A stretch of DNA of 63,337 nucleotides, counting the filler, from Reclinomonas americana ATCC 50394 (lineage: Eukaryota), in assembly GCA_048213135.1 (NCBI GenBank). It is 14 parts of 14 records of this genome, joined end to end, with 100 filler letters (N's around TTAATTAATTAA, not from the genome) between each part and the next. Parts side by side here need not be neighbours in the genome. Positions count along the whole stretch, not along the records: positions 1 to 9,734 come from AFZH01019285.1; positions 9,835 to 19,243 come from AFZH01019286.1; 12 more parts are not named here. One strand, written 5' to 3'. The position numbers and the translations under genes are program-made. The notes beneath the pieces were generated by a model that was not told where the DNA came from, ran no database searches, and saw nothing but the letters and a program-made list of their open reading frames with translations. Of the stretch, positions 1 through 11,172 are shown piece after piece (the first letter of the stretch is position 1; every line of letters begins with the position of its first letter).

Positions 1-567
1 AACCTCTTCCGCAGTTGCGATGAAATACGCGCGTGATGTAGTGATGCATGACTGATTGTGTGTTGTGTACAGGCATTGCCCAGGGAGAAACGTCGCATGC
101 CATGGGCTTGTTGGAGGTGTGTGTGCAGTGTGTGTGGCCACTCGTGTGGCAGTGGAGAGCTGACCTCTTTCTTTCGTCTCGCTGCAGTTTTGCGAAGCCG
201 ATCCGGCCACGAACCTGCCGATGGTCTTGCCTCCTCAATCACTCCTCCTCTCCACACTCTCTCACCTCTCGCTCACTCCTCCACCGTCGCGCAGGACACG
301 GTGGCGAGCCAGCTGAAGGCCGCGATCTCCGGCGAGACTCACGAATACACCAGCATGTACCCCTCGATGGCTGCCACGGCGCGCGAGGAGAACCTGAATG
401 ACGTTGCCGGTGCGTCTCCGGCACTTGTTTCTTGTTGTTGCAGTACACACATACACTGACACCTGCGGTTGCGGGGCGCAGAGTGGTTCGAGACGCTGGC
501 TCGTGCCGAAAAGTCGCACGCTGGCCGCTTCGAGGAGAGCCTGCGCAAGTTGGAGGCCAGCAACTGA
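1..567 (+). CDS. Rubrerythrin (short ferritin-like form, no C-terminal rubredoxin domain); 5' end outside window; 4 introns visible
   Basis: Spliced exons read NLFRSIAQGETSHAMGLLE-FCEADPATNLPM-DTVASQLKAAISGETHEYTSMYPSMAATAREENLNDVAEWFETLARAEKSHAGRFEESLRKLEASN*. Two ExxH diiron motifs and GETHEYTxMYP are typical of rubrerythrin. Confidence 0.9.
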
Positions 568-671
568 GAGACTTCCCTCTGTCGTTCTCTCCTCCCCCCA
601 CTACTCGCCCCTCACGCCGTTGTTGGGTGAAGAAGCCTTGTGCACGCATGTTGTCGTTTGCTTGTTGCTTT

Positions 672-2196
672 TCACTGCTCGGCTTGCATGGAGAAGAGAA
701 TCTTGCCGTTGCGTGGCACGCCATATGCGTGATCGACAGCCTCCGAGCACTTGTGCAGTGTGTACGTGGTGTCGACGGGAATGTGGAGCTGGCCATCGAC
801 AATCATCTCCGTCACCGTATCCCACATTTGCGCCAGCTCCTCCACACTCTTGGTTCGCTTCCACATGTCGAGGTGGAAACCGCGGAATGTGAGTGCCTTG
901 AAGATCAGGAGACTGTTGGCGATGGAGAGTGGCTCCCTCGCCATGGCGCCGTAGGTCACATGCACGCCACCCTAATGATTAGGGTGAGGTCGCGTGAAGT
1001 GAAGGGAGAGAGAGAGGGAGAGAGGCGCGCGCAACTGTGGCGAGGCACTTGGCCAGGTTCTTGGCGCTCTCACCACCGACACCGTTGAGGGCCAGTCGAA
1101 TCGGCTCCATGTCTTTCAACTTGCACACGGCGTCGACCACGGTCAGGCCCGCTGTTCAGGTTCGTCAAAGTGAGGCGTGGGCATGCGAGTAAGGAACAAC
1201 TCGCGGTCTTGCACCTGCCGCCAGCTCCTCCTCCGAGATGACCACGGCACCGGCAATGTCGAGCTGCCGCAGCTCAGTGGCCGAGTCGTCGCGGCGCACA
1301 ATGTTGATGGTGCGGAAACCAAACTTGGAAGCAATGTACATGACGGCACGACCGACTCCCGAGTTGGCTGCGAGCACACAGGCTGAGCACGGCGCGGCAC
1401 ACGAGGCAGTGCGACAACGCTGGCACTCACCTGCGTTTTGAATAATCACGTCGCCACGGTTCAGGGCCACCATGTCCATCACCACTGCACAAGACACTCG
1501 AAAAGTCAGCTGCCTTGTTAGAAGAGGGGAGTGCCGTGGCGAGTACGCACTGCCGTACGCCGTCGGCGGATTGATCTGCATCATGGCCGCCTGTGCTAAT
1601 GGAGCCCCGTCTGTAGCAACACAAGCAACGTGAACATGGGTGACTGATGCGCGTGGGGCCACTGAGCTGCACACGCACCAGGAAGCGGAAGCAGACTGCC
1701 GGCGTTCTCAGTCAACACATAGTCGGCCCACGTGCCGCGCCAGTCTCCCGCTGAGGTCACAGCGCGGACCGCCACTGGCTTGCCAATGAGCGTCTCGCCA
1801 CCCTCCACCAGCTCTCCCACTGCCTCCACCACTCCCGATCCCTCAAAGCCTGCACACAGTCGTCGTTCCTGTCATTCTTCCCCATTTCTCTCTCTCTGAG
1901 CTTTTCACCGCCGTCACGCACCAATGGAGCTCGGCAGTGACTTGGGCTGCACCAGGTACTTGCCCTCGATGACGTTCAGGTCGCTCGGGTTGATCGCGGC
2001 GTAGTGCATGCGCACGAGGATCTGCAAGCGTGTGAGACTGACAACAGCAAGAGAGAATGCATGCACATGCATCACTTGCCTGTGTGCCCGTGGGCACGGG
2101 GAACTCGACTCCCTCTTCTACGTGAATGCCTCGCCCGACATGCGGTGATGAGTACTCGTGCAGTCGAACCACGCAGCCTGTGCGTGTCGTCGCCAT
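672..2196 (-). CDS. MDR-family NADPH-dependent 2-enoyl thioester reductase (MECR/Etr1-like), multi-exon
   Basis: Motifs AAINPSDL, GFEG, GTWADY, INPPTAYG, IIQNA..SGVG, VTYGAMAREPL..SLLIFK, RNGKILF; one GC-AG intron. Confidence 0.85.
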
Positions 2197-2295
2197 TGAT
2201 AAAATCGCTGTTGGGACAACTCTGTCTCGCAGCGACGAAGTTCATGGGCATCCATCACTTCACTTGCGTGCGCGTGCGTAAACACAATAATAATC

Positions 2296-3803
2296 CTACT
2301 CTACTGATCGCTGCAGCCCTTCGGTGATGAACAGCCGCGAGAATGCCGAATCGGCAAACTCCGTGAGCCGCGATGACAGCGTTGACACTTGTGAGCTGAC
2401 AATCACCGACTCGAGACGATTGGGATGCACGGCAGCACGCTGGCCGGTGCTCGCATCATCCTCGCCCGGCTCCGGCAGCAACTCCTGTCCTTGCTCGCGA
2501 CGTGCTTCGTTTTCGGCGCGCTGTGCATGCCACCAACAACGTGTAAGACGCGCGACTCGACAACAGGGAATGATGATCAATCGAGCCACGCACCAGCTGC
2601 TGCAACTGTTGTGTCCGTCGGTTCTGCTGGTCGTTGAATCGCTTGAGGTACCGGTGGTACCGATCCTGCTCGTTAACCAACTCCTCCGAGGCCTCCATGA
2701 GGAACTCCAGATTGCGAGTCAGATACGAGTCGGTGACAGCGGCCGGTGCGAATGCGCTCGCCGTCCGTGGTGTCGTCGAGGCAGCCCAGCGAGAAGCCGC
2801 AGCCGCACGATCCCTCTTCAGACCCAACTCCAAGATGAGTGCGCGCAGCATGGCGCCGTTCTTGATGCGCACCGGCAGCTCCTTGAACACATTCGAGGCC
2901 GACAGAGCGCTGCCTCGTGCAAAGCTCTCGCCCTTCTTGGCGTACATCTGCGAGACGCCATGCACCCACCGCGTGAGCACGGCGCTGAGAGAGACGCATG
3001 GGGAAGAGACGAGAGACCTCCATGAACTTGGGTGTCAATCGGAGCGCCTTGACAGACAACACGCCCTGCAGCGTCTTCAGCGGATCCAGCACAATGCACA
3101 CACATCGCGATCCCAGCTCCTTCTGGTACGTGTACTGCGTCTCCAGCAGCACTCCCGACGTGAACGACCTTGAGCTGCACGTACGAGTGTCAACGACGAC
3201 GACGAAGAGAATGAGAGAGTTTGAATCGCACTTTGCAAGACGAAACTATGTGGTCCACCATCCCACAGTGTTGGCATCGACATTGCAGTCGCGCAGCAGC
3301 TTCTGCATCGTGAACGGATACGCAGTCTCCTCATCGGCCGACACGCCATCGCCTGACGAGAAAAGAGACAGAAAGAGAGTCAGGGCATGGACATGTCCCC
3401 AAAAATAGGGGCTCCCTTTTTCCTCTCACACGACGCCCTCTCTGTCTCTGTCTCTCTACTGCCTACACGCAGAAGGTAGTGCGCGCTCCTCACCATCATC
3501 CTCACGCGCACGCGGTGTGGGGAAGCAATGCGAGACCTCCAGTGATCCATCAAAGTCCAATCCCAGCAACTGACCCGTCACCTCCTCCGGCAGCGAGTCT
3601 TGCCCGTGCTTCAGCATCTTGAACAGCACCTGTGCGCACACAACACCACAGACCATGAGCACACACATGCCCGCTCATGCCTCGCGCCCCCCTCCCTCCT
3701 TCCTCTTGCTGCCACGACGAACCAAGCCATCAATCACCACTTCCCTCAGTGGTGCGCTGTCGGCGGCAAGCACCGTGGTCGTGGCTGCGGCGGCGCTTGA
3801 CAT
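2296..3803 (-). CDS. EIF3H: Eukaryotic translation initiation factor 3 subunit H (MPN domain)
   Basis: VVIDGL/VLFKMLKH..VTGQLLGLDFDGSLEVSHCFPTP, NVDANTVGWW, ETQYTYQKEL..VLDPLKTLQGVLSVKALRLTPKFME, FKELPVRIKN, YLTRNLEFLME. Confidence 0.88.
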
Positions 3804-3861
3804 GACTGTGATAGGGGGAGATGGTGGCTCGCGGTGCTGTAACTGTCCAGCCACTGTCACC

Positions 3862-6800
3862 ATGCGCATTCTCGTGTGCGCTGTGCTCGTCCTCGTTGTC
3901 GCCCTCGCGGCCACAGTCAGCGCGAGTCCCAGTGCGCAGCTCGTGGTGCAGTTTGGGAGTGATGTTCCGGCACGAGTGGCAGCGCGAGTGCGCGACTATG
4001 TGGTGCAGAGTGCGGGGGTGGTGCCGGCATTCTATCAGCTCACACCGTCGGAGGTCGATGCGAGTGTGAATGTAGCAGTTGCCACGTTGCCGCCTGGTAG
4101 TGTGGTGCTCAGTGTCGGCAATGCTGCTGTGGCCGTGAGTCGCATCCCGGATGCGGAGCTGCTGTCGTCGGTGCAACCGGAGGGATACATGTATCGTGTG
4201 GCGTGTGATGCCAGCGCGTCGACGGTGTCGGTGGTGGCGGTGCGGGGTCGACCTGGTGTGTACGTGCTGGATCCTGATGAGCGGTCGCGTCATGCGTCGT
4301 CGCCCCCTGCCGACGACGGTGATTTCGTCAACAACAATGGAGTGGTGTACGGCGTGTATCAGGCGCTGCAGGAGGTGTTTGGTGTGCGCTGGTTGCACCC
4401 GCTGCGTGATCCAGTGGTGGCACCAGCGGTGGCCTCGGCGAGTATCGCACAGCGGCAGTGTGTGAGCTCGACGGTGAAGGCTGTCGGCGCGTCGTACGAG
4501 TTTCGCGCTGTTGCGTCTCTTGTGCATGGGAGGGCCGTGATCTCGGTCTGTGTGCGGGTGGATTGACGCCTTGTATCCTTGTGTGTGCGCAGTGGCACTA
4601 TCACACGCAGCATCCACTGGAGCTGACGCCGTGGTTTCAGGGGTTCGGGCAAGCACTGAAGCAAGACGAGGCGTCGTGGCGTGAATCGCAGTGGGTGCGG
4701 CAGTGGAGCGCCAAAGTGCCTCGCAATGAGGTGCACGTGCTTACCAAGTGTGTTTGTGTGCGCACAGGCATACGAGCGCTTCTTGGAGTGGTTGGTGATT
4801 TTGCGACAGAATCGCTTCGAGTTTGAGTTGCTGGAGGGCGGCGACTGGAAGGAGTACGCACGCAGTCAGCAGCGTATTGTTGCGTCGCTGTCTCTTGGTA
4901 TCTTGTGTGAGATTGCTGCCTTTGTGAAACTCATCGTTGCCGTGCACGCTGCAGCAACGCATCAGCGAGATTGTGCAGGTTGCACACGAGTGGGGACTGA
5001 TGATTGGAGTCGACTGCCCGATTGGTTTGTTGCGCAGTGCATAGGAGGGGGAGTGTGTACTGCATGCTCATTCTCCCTTTGTGACGTGCACAGCACTGGA
5101 GCAGCAAAATGCATTCCGTCTGATGACTGGCGGACTCACGCTCGCCGAGCGTCTGCAGTCGGTCCGCAAAAGCGTCGATTATGTGATGCAAGCCGGGTTT
5201 GACTTTATGGCCACCGAGGTAGCGTAGTGGTGTGTTTGATAACCACGGCAGCAGCCTAGCAGTGCCATTGACTTCATGATCGTCACAGCTTGGTTCATCG
5301 GAATTCACGCACTCGTCGCCCAAGGCATGTGCTTTCACGATCATGTTGCGGGGGAAGTTGTCGGAGCACTCATCACTTGCTTCTGTGCAGGATATGGTGG
5401 CCATGGTGGATGCAGCAGTGGACCAGCTCGCCAGCAAGTACAAGCGCACCATGTACAGCAAAGGTCTGCTTGTGCGTCACTGGTGTGTGTGATTGCCCCT
5501 CACTGTTACATCCAGTGCACTGCTCTGCCGGACAAACTGCAAAGGGTTATGTCGACCCGCGCACTGGTCAGCCGCTGAATTACAACTACTTGCCACACTA
5601 CTGCGACCGCCGTTGCGTGATTCGGCAACACGAGCCACATTCTCTCAATTGTGATCATCATTGTGATAATGTTCGACTGCAGGTCTCGGCATTTTGGTGC
5701 ACACTGTGGAAGTGTTGCGTGGAACACATGCATTGTGCTTCCTCTCATGCCAATGGATTACTGACTTACGCCATTATCATGGCGCACAGCTACTCACTCG
5801 ACGATCCGGCACCAGTGTACGGCAACAAGAACTTTACGGAGATGTTCGACTTCCTGGTGTACGAATCGCAGTTCCGCGAGACCATCTGGCACCCAGAAGG
5901 TGAGAGCGCACGCCAGTCCTTTGTTGTTGCTCTTTTGCCGTGAGACTAACTGAACAATTGACAGTGGCGTACTGGGTCGACTATGGTTCGCATTTAATGA
6001 AGTAGTCTCTCTCCCTCTTTGTTTCTCACACAGCCTGTTTTTGCATTCACTGACAGACATCACCGTGCCACTCGGCCTGGCAGTGTATGCCGATCGACGC
6101 ATTCGCGACATTCAACTGGTCCACGCACGCACACAGGCGCAGCCGAATGTGCGCGGCCAGCTGATTTTCGCCTCCGGCTTTGAATGGATGTACCCGTTCC
6201 ACGATGTGGCTGCTGGCTGGGCTGTGTGGGACGCGACTCTGACCACACCGCAGCTCGTCTCGTGGTACTCGGCGGTGTTTGGTCAGTCGGTGCAGTCTGC
6301 GGCCGCCTCGGTGAGTGTCGTTGCTGTCGCAGGATCAATAGAGATCACGTGCTGACCATCGTGCTGCACAGGCCATCACTTCCGTTATGCAGAATGAGAG
6401 CGACTATCTCATTTACGGCAAGGTCAACGGTCGGATGCCTGCGGATATTGTGCGACACAATGGCATGGGATATGTGGCCGGCTGGGGTGCGCTGCTGTTT
6501 GTTGAATTCTCCATTGTTCTCTGCTGGCGTCTGACCTTACTTGTCGCTTGCGCATACAGACACCTTTAGTGACATCAGCGACTATTTCCACTTTGCCGCC
6601 GTGCAGCCATCTCGCCTCTCCATGTATGGCGTGCGAGCCGGAAACGGTAAAGCCAAGTTGCAGTCTTTCGTCACGTGACGATGCAGAGTGATTTACTGGT
6701 ATGTGTGCATCTGCAGCTGCCGACCTACAAGAGTATTGGGAGCACGTCGATCCACTGCTGGCCTCCATGACCAGTGCATTCGAGGCCAATGAGGCCACAC

Positions 6801-7667
6801 TGCGCAGTCTGGCCAGCCAGTGTGAGCCCGTTGTCGGTGCGCCATTCATGCGCGAGTGGGCCGATGTGGTGGGCGTCACTGCCAAGCGTTCACGGCAAGG
6901 CGAGCGCTGCTGCTGCTGCTGCCGCTGCTCACAGGAAGCTGACGTGTTGTCCTTCTGATGTGCGGTGCAGTGCTGTCGCTGTACCGCTACTCTGCCGGCA
7001 TTCACAATCAGACCAAATCGTGGCTCGATGCGCAAGTGGCGGCGGCTTGCAACGCCACCCGGTCGGCGCAGAGCATTGTCGTCGCACGAGAGGCACAATA
7101 TGGCTTCTCGCCGGCCTACATTGCCTCTTGGATGCCCAATCCCACGGTGTATGAGGTGCGTGCACGTGGGCGGGGTTGGAAGGGAGTGCGAGTGGACTGA
7201 GCTGACTGCTGTGAATGCAGTTCACGTACTTGTGGACGGTGCACAACTTGTACTTTTGGGTCCGGTACGTGTGTGGTGGGCGCATGGACTGAGTGAGACA
7301 AGTGGAGAGCTTACACGCACTCTGCAGTGACTTTGGCATCTCTGTCGGCGATCAGCGCACGCCGTGCTACCTCAACATTCAGGATCCGATTCAGGTTATT
7401 TGCTTTTTACTTTGTTCCTCTTCGCAGCATGGCTGACACTTGCCTGTATTCTGCAGGTGGCGTTCGGTGAGGGCTACCTGAACGGAGCCGCCGAGCTGCT
7501 TCGTCGCATCCTGGACGAGCTGCAAAAGTTTGAATGGGCCGCCGGTATGCATATGTTTCATAGGTGCAATCGTGTTCAGTCTCGCTGCTTACACTGGCGC
7601 AGATTGTTTGGCCGCACCCCGTGGCCCTCCGAACCTGTCGCTCGACGCCTGGTGCGGACCCGCATGA
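3862..7667 (+). CDS. Large secreted protein of unknown function, probable hydrolase (GH-like N-terminal domain plus catalytic barrel), many exons
   Basis: Signal peptide MRILVCAVLVLVVALAATVSA; EGYMYRV..GVVYGVYQALQEVFGVRWLHP; then WHYHTQHPLELT, TELGSSEFTH, YNYLPHY, HPEVAYWVDYDITVPL. Exons join in frame through GT/GC-AG introns to TGA at 7665-7667. Confidence 0.65.
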
Positions 7668-7768
7668 CCCTCAATCAATGAACTCTTGTGTTGCATGAAG
7701 GACACCTGTCACGACCAGCTCTGTCGTTCCGTCGGAGTTGAGTTCTCTTTTTCTCCTCCGCAGCGCCA

Positions 7769-8500
7769 ATGCTGACGAGCGTGCTGCTGGCCGGCAACGC
7801 CGTGTGGCACGCCATGGCATTCAAGTACTTCTTCTTCAACGGCCGCGGACTGGCACTCAAGCTGACTCGCGAGAGGCCCGTGTCGCTGGTCTCCACCGAC
7901 GTGCTGAGATTTCTCGGCTTGATGGTTCTCGCTGCCTGCTTCTTCGTGTCGCAGACACCGCCCTCACACCTCGTCTTTCACCACAGAACTTGTCAATGGT
8001 GGCTCTGTCGGTCATTGCACTGGTGCGTCGCATTCGCGCTATCATGCAGTCGCGACTGGTGGTGCCGGCCAAGGTCTCTCTCTCAGTCCTCTTCCCCACC
8101 CTCGCTCCCTCTCTCTCTCACACACGGTCTGCACGGGTGTCTGCTTGTGCAGGGCACACGCGTGTCGGAGACAACACTGGCGGAGCGCGAGATGGCTCTG
8201 CGCCGACCTCGCTCGGACCTGTTCGTGCTAGCCGTGTTGCGTTTGTCTCGTCCCCCTCCCTCACTCCCGTGCCTCTCTTCCTTCTCTCGCTCTTACTGTA
8301 CCGTGCGTGCACCACACAGCGCCAACCTGAGCCAGTTTGCCGGCGACATGCTCGTGACATTCGGCGAGCCGATGGTGCGGTGGCACCCGAATCGCCTGCT
8401 GTGGCCCATCACCATTGTCGACGGCGTCATTGGCGTGCTCGACCTGTTGGCGGCCGTGCTCCCCGAGCGGCAGCAGCAGCAGCGCAAGGACAGCCAGTAA
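7769..8500 (+). CDS. Small multi-pass membrane protein, unknown function (3 introns; a short upstream exon is possible)
   Basis: Hydrophobic exons (LLAGNAVWHAMAFKYFF; FLGLMNLSMVALSVIALV; LFVLAVANLSQF; ITIVDGVIGVLDLLAAV) join in frame. Confidence 0.6.
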   Translation: MLTSVLLAGNAVWHAMAFKYFFFNGRGLALKLTRERPVSLVSTDVLRFLGLMVLAACFFVSQTPPSHLVFHHRTCQWWLCRSLHWCVAFALSCSRDWWCRPRSLSQSSSPPSLPLSLTHGLHGCLLVQGTRVSETTLAEREMALRRPRSDLFVLAVLRLSRPPPSLPCLSSFSRSYCTVRAPHSANLSQFAGDMLVTFGEPMVRWHPNRLLWPITIVDGVIGVLDLLAAVLPERQQQQRKDSQ

Positions 8501-8669
8501 TGAAAAGGAATGCTGCTGTCTGCGTTGCCCACACACAAGAGTGCCTTCGCAGTTCACTAGATTTGACCAGCAAACACGGGAAAAGCGGACGCTCGTGCGG
8601 AGCTCATATTGGCCAAAAGAAGGGAAGCAAAGGCACCGCACACGGGGAGCGGAGCGTGCATCACACGGC

Positions 8670-10260
8670 TTAGCGAGTGATCTGGAAAGTGGCGGTCTTG
8701 ACGTCGTACACAGCAGAGTGGGGGTGCTTGCTGCCGCACTCGCCCTCGCACACGGCCAGCTGGACCTTGTAGGTGCCCGGGCCGAACGGCTGTCAAGCGC
8801 AACGAAAGTGTGAGGAGAATGATGGAGAGATGGATGATGCCTACGAGACACACCTCCTGCTCGTTGGGCTCAGCTTGCAGCTGGAAGCGCACGTTGTAGT
8901 TGCCCGGCTGGAAGCCCTTCGGGACGAGCTCACCATCTGCACACAAGACGGGGGGATATGAGCGACAAGAGCACGCAGGAGCAATGCATCAAAAAAAAAA
9001 CACAAAAGACTCACCGCCAAACGGCTCGCCATCACTGCATCGATATCAGACATGCAAAATGCGTGAGGAGTGATGCACAAACGGGAGGGTCTTGGTGCGA
9101 CGCAACGGCGGGCTGATGCTGATGACAATCTCGCCAGTCGAGGTCTGGTTGAAGGCCTGGATGGCGCAGTCAATGTTGAAGGTGGTGCCAGCGGGGCCAG
9201 ACGGCGGGTTGACGTTGATGCTGTTGATGGTCACGCACTGGCCGCTGCAGTCGTGGATCGGGCAGATCGGCAGCAGCTCGCACATGTACTAAAACCCACA
9301 CAGCGTGTGAGCAATCGAGACGCAAGATTGACGGAATGCAGCATGCATGCCACACGAAACGATCGGGTCGAGGTCGGCCTCCTCCACAATCTTGATGAAC
9401 TCGGTGATGCCGACGTAGTCGCACAGGAGGTTGCACACGGTGTCCTCCAGCTTGTTCTTCAGCATGCCGCACAGCTCCGAGCAGCCACCGACGACACCAG
9501 CCTGCACATCGTATGCAATATGAGTGCAACGGAAAAAACATGCAAGCAGTGAGAGCATGCAGCACGCAACGTTGAGGATGATGTTGAGCACTGCGCGTGT
9601 GCACGGAAAGAGAGTGAACAGTGAGTGCAAGATGAAGAGAGGCTGGTCAGCAGCAAACGCGAAACGCACTGCGGAAGGGAAGAGAGAGAGAGTGGGGGTG
9701 AGCATTGCGCATAACGGACTCTTTTTTGCACACGNNNNNNNNNNNNNNNNNNNNNNNNNNNNNNNNNNNNNNNNNNNNTTAATTAATTAANNNNNNNNNN
9801 NNNNNNNNNNNNNNNNNNNNNNNNNNNNNNNNNNCACGCCATTCCACTCACCACTCATTGATCGAGCTCGAGGCGAACGACACGCAGGTCGGGCACAGGT
9901 CGCTGTGAGGAGAGAGCGAGAGAGAGAGAGAGAGAGAGTGGTGAAGGAAAAAAAGAGAGAGTCGCTTGGTGAACATCACAACATGGCGCAACATGTCGAG
10001 GTTGCGGATGGGGGTCGCGCTGACCTTGGTGATCGAGAAGGCCTGGGAGGCCACCTGTGTGGTTGTGGGGCACATGCGGTGAGTGGCAGAAGAGGAGGAA
10101 AAGAGGGCACGCGCATTTACTGGACAAGAACACACACGCACACACGCAGTCGGAACAATCCTTCCTCTCAAAAAACAGAAGTAGAGGAGGCAAGGAGAAT
10201 ACGGGAGAACGCAACGATGAGGGCGCACAACACGGCGACGAGGAGGATCGCACGGCTCAT
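8670..10260 (-). CDS. Countin-like secreted saposin-B domain protein (copy 1), spans a contig spacer
   Basis: Signal peptide MSRAILLVAVLCALI; DLCPTCVSF..LNIILNAGVVGGCSELC..VCNLLCDYVGITEFIKIVEEADLDPIYMCELL..CP; C-terminal VCEGECGSKHPHS. This matches the Dictyostelium countin pattern. Confidence 0.85.
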
Positions 10261-10702
10261 GGCGATGATAAAAAAATGTGTGGGGTCACTGGCTGTCAAT
10301 GTCAATGCATCCGCGTCCTTCATCGTAACGTCGCATGTGGCGAGTCGCCTTCCTCAAGCGCAAAAACACAGCAGACGGGAGCCGAGTGCACGTACATGCT
10401 TCATGCATCAAGCAGGCGATTTTTCCTGGCTTGCACGGGTTGGAAGTTGTCAACGTCGAGGTCAATGCGTGCTCGTCGGTGTGCTCGTGCAAGGCCAAGC
10501 GCGCGCGTTACAATTAGTCGCAGCAAGGAACGTAAGGACAGCAGCAAGTTTACGAGCGGGAAGCACGCCGCACTCGGAAGTCAAAAAAGATGCACATGCA
10601 ACGGTTGTTCAACCGCCCGCAGCCCTCAGAGACACACGGCTATGAGCGCGCTGCCCCAAGCATCCACCTCTACACACACAACACTTCACACATTGTTCAT
10701 TC

Positions 10703-11137
10703 TCATCGCGGTTTCTTCTCCATCTTCTCCTTCTTCTCCTTTCGCTGCTTGCGATGCCTCTTGCGCCTCCGCAACTCACGCTGCTGCTCCACCGTAATGT
10801 CATCGGTGCGACGCACGTGGCCGTGACCGTACCAGCCCCACGATGAGTCACTCAGCGCTTCCTCTTCTGGCGAATCGGTCGACGCTGCCACATCCTGCTT
10901 CTCCTCGTTCTCCTGCTTCTCCTGGTGTGTGCTCGTCTCAAAGTCCGACACGGGTGGTGTGTGGAGAGCGGCGAGTGCGGCGACAAACTCCTCAAGATCA
11001 GCGTCGTCCACTGCCCGTCTCTCCTCCAGCTCGTCCTGCGCACTGTGCGATGGTGTGGCGCATGCGACGAGGAGAAGGACGAGGAAGAAGAGGAAGAGGA
11101 GCAGAGGCCCCACAATCGACGCTCTTCTCATCATCAT
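10703..11137 (-). CDS. Hypothetical small secreted protein (signal peptide, acidic middle, very basic tail)
   Basis: Intronless 144-aa ORF with hydrophobic leader LLLFLFFLVLLLVACA; no recognisable domain. Confidence 0.5.
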   Translation of the reverse strand: MMMRRASIVGPLLLFLFFLVLLLVACATPSHSAQDELEERRAVDDADLEEFVAALAALHTPPVSDFETSTHQEKQENEEKQDVAASTDSPEEEALSDSSWGWYGHGHVRRTDDITVEQQRELRRRKRHRKQRKEKKEKMEKKPR

Positions 11138-11172
11138 TCGCGAGTGTGACTATAGTCTTCGGGACCTTTTTA

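Noticed and set aside
7741..7771. Unpaired splice acceptor before the ATG as evidence of trans-splicing
   Set aside because: A plausible cis donor and short upstream exon exist near 7678-7690; not enough evidence.
9779..9790. Recurrent TTAATTAATTAA palindrome
   Set aside because: Always centred in N-runs of fixed length; an artificial contig linker, not biology.
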